Assembly (NCBI RefSeq): GCF_004010195.1
Contig: NC_057749.1
Coordinates: 6,229,933-6,293,932 of the forward strand
Length of the DNA: 64,000 bases
Direction: 5' to 3'
Source: Chiloscyllium plagiosum
Lineage: Eukaryota
The notes below the pieces were generated by a model that did not search any database, was not told where the DNA came from, and was given only the letters and a program-made list of their open reading frames with translations. Shown here piece after piece: positions 62,500 through 64,000 of the stretch (its first letter is position 1; every line of letters starts with the position of its first letter). The position numbers were made by a program, and so were the translations under genes.

Positions 62500-63310
62500 A
62501 ATTTAAAGGATCCCATACCCACAGCCAGCAGAACAAACGTAACATACAAAAGACCCTGCAAGGACTGCAACAAACATTACATTGGACAAACCAGCAGGAA
62601 TATGTAAGCACCAATTAGCCACTGGTGGTCGCTGGGAATTTGTTTCCCTAGTTGAGGAGACTAGGGCCCGTGGGCACAGCCTTAGAATTAGGGGTGGTCA
62701 ATTTAGAACGGAAATGAGGAGACATTTCTTCAGCCAGAGAGTGGTGGGCCTGTGGGATTCATTACCATGGAATACAGTGGAGGCCAGGACATTATATGTC
62801 TTCAAGGCAGAGATTGATAAATTCTTGATCTCGCAAGGAATTAAGGGATATGGGAAGAGTGCGGGTAAGTGGCGTTGAAATGTCCATCAACCATGATTGA
62901 TTGGCGGAGTGGACTCGATGGGCCGAATGGCCTCACTTCCACTCTATGTCTTATGGTCTTATGACCAACTATCACTAATATCCATACACACAGACGCAGA
63001 GGGACATCAGCTTGACAGGGACAACATATCCATCCTGGGATCAGCCAAACAAAGACACTCACTGGAATTCCGGCAGGCCTGGCATTCAAACTGGAACTCC
63101 ATCAATAAATACATCGATTTGGACCCCATTTGCCAATCTCTCAGATCCAGAACCAGAAATGATACCACCCACCAAAACAGACCAAGACACATAAATTGCC
63201 AGCGGTACAAAATGCTAGCGCTTCACGAGAGACTCGCTGATGATGTTAGCTAGTATGGTGATGCAACGTCTGAAAACAAACCCATCATCAGCAAGCAGAC
63301 AACCTGCTAA
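62500..63310 (+). mobile_element. Penelope-like GIY-YIG remnant interrupted by a CR1 3' fragment (62630-62965)
   Basis: cattacattggacaaacc (HYIGQT), then ILGSAKQRHSLEFRQAWHSNWNSINKYIDLDP; CR1 piece FFSQRVVGLWDSLP. Confidence 0.85.
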
Positions 63311-63474
63311 TCCTCTTGTCAAAAGTAAGAATGACAGCCACACAAATTCAACTCACACCCAAACAAGGGAGAGAAAAGGCCACTAAAACCAATATATCGA
63401 GTACCCTGCTTCCTGTTCACAGTCAGTGATATACATTTATTTGTATTAGCTTTTGGAGCTGGATTCATATGATC

Positions 63475-64000
63475 AGATAGACAGGATAGTGAAGAAGGTG
63501 TTTGGTATATTTACCTTTATCAATCAATGAATTGAATATAGAGGTTGGGGGTGTCATTTGCAGTTGCAAAGGCCATTGGTTAGGTTACTTTTGGAATACT
63601 GTGAACATTCTGGTCTCCCTGCTATAGGAAAGATGTTATGAAAATTGAAAGAGTTCAGAAAAGATTTACAAGGATGTTGCCAGGGTTGGAGGGTTTGAGC
63701 TATAGGGAGAGGCTGAATAGACTGCGGCAGTTTTCCCTGGAGCATCAGAGGCTGAGGGGTGATCTTATAGAAGTTTATAAATCACGTGGGGCATGGATAG
63801 GATGAATAGTCAAGGTCTTGTCCCCAGGGTAGGGGAGCCCAAAACTAGAGGGCATGGGTTTAAGGTGAGAGGGGAAAAATGGGAAGGGTATAGGATTTGG
63901 GCTAAATGCTGGCAAATGGGACTAATTTAGAAAATCTGGTCGACATGGATAAGGTGGACTGAAGGGTCTGTTTCTGTGTTGTACATCTCTATGACTAATG
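63475..64000 (+). mobile_element. CR1 (HER1-like) 3' fragment
   Basis: ttggaatactgtg..ttctggtctccc, gaggggtgatcttatagaagtttataa. Confidence 0.9.

Overview
Repeat-dominated, gene-poor vertebrate DNA, almost certainly from a shark or other elasmobranch. It carries about 20 HE1-type tRNA-derived V-SINEs and many CR1-clade LINE fragments, including one near-full-length, decayed CR1 at about 52415-56880 (esterase ORF1, APE/RT ORF2). It also has Penelope-like (GIY-YIG) retroelement remnants, older SINEs, LTR-like fragments and three N gaps (4432-4898, 13769-14313, 44111-44203). No intact protein-coding gene could be identified; several isolated candidate exons are reported at low confidence. The most notable signals are: (1) about 19 minimal hammerhead-ribozyme motifs in three distinct Penelope-type terminal-repeat families; (2) one family repeatedly inserted as fold-back palindromes with target-site duplications, including a palindrome nested in a palindrome; (3) five short local copy events templated from within about 3 kb; (4) a perfect estrogen response element and a perfect DR1 element in unique DNA. 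Repeat boundaries were read by eye and are approximate, and family names come from recalled consensus features, not from a database search.
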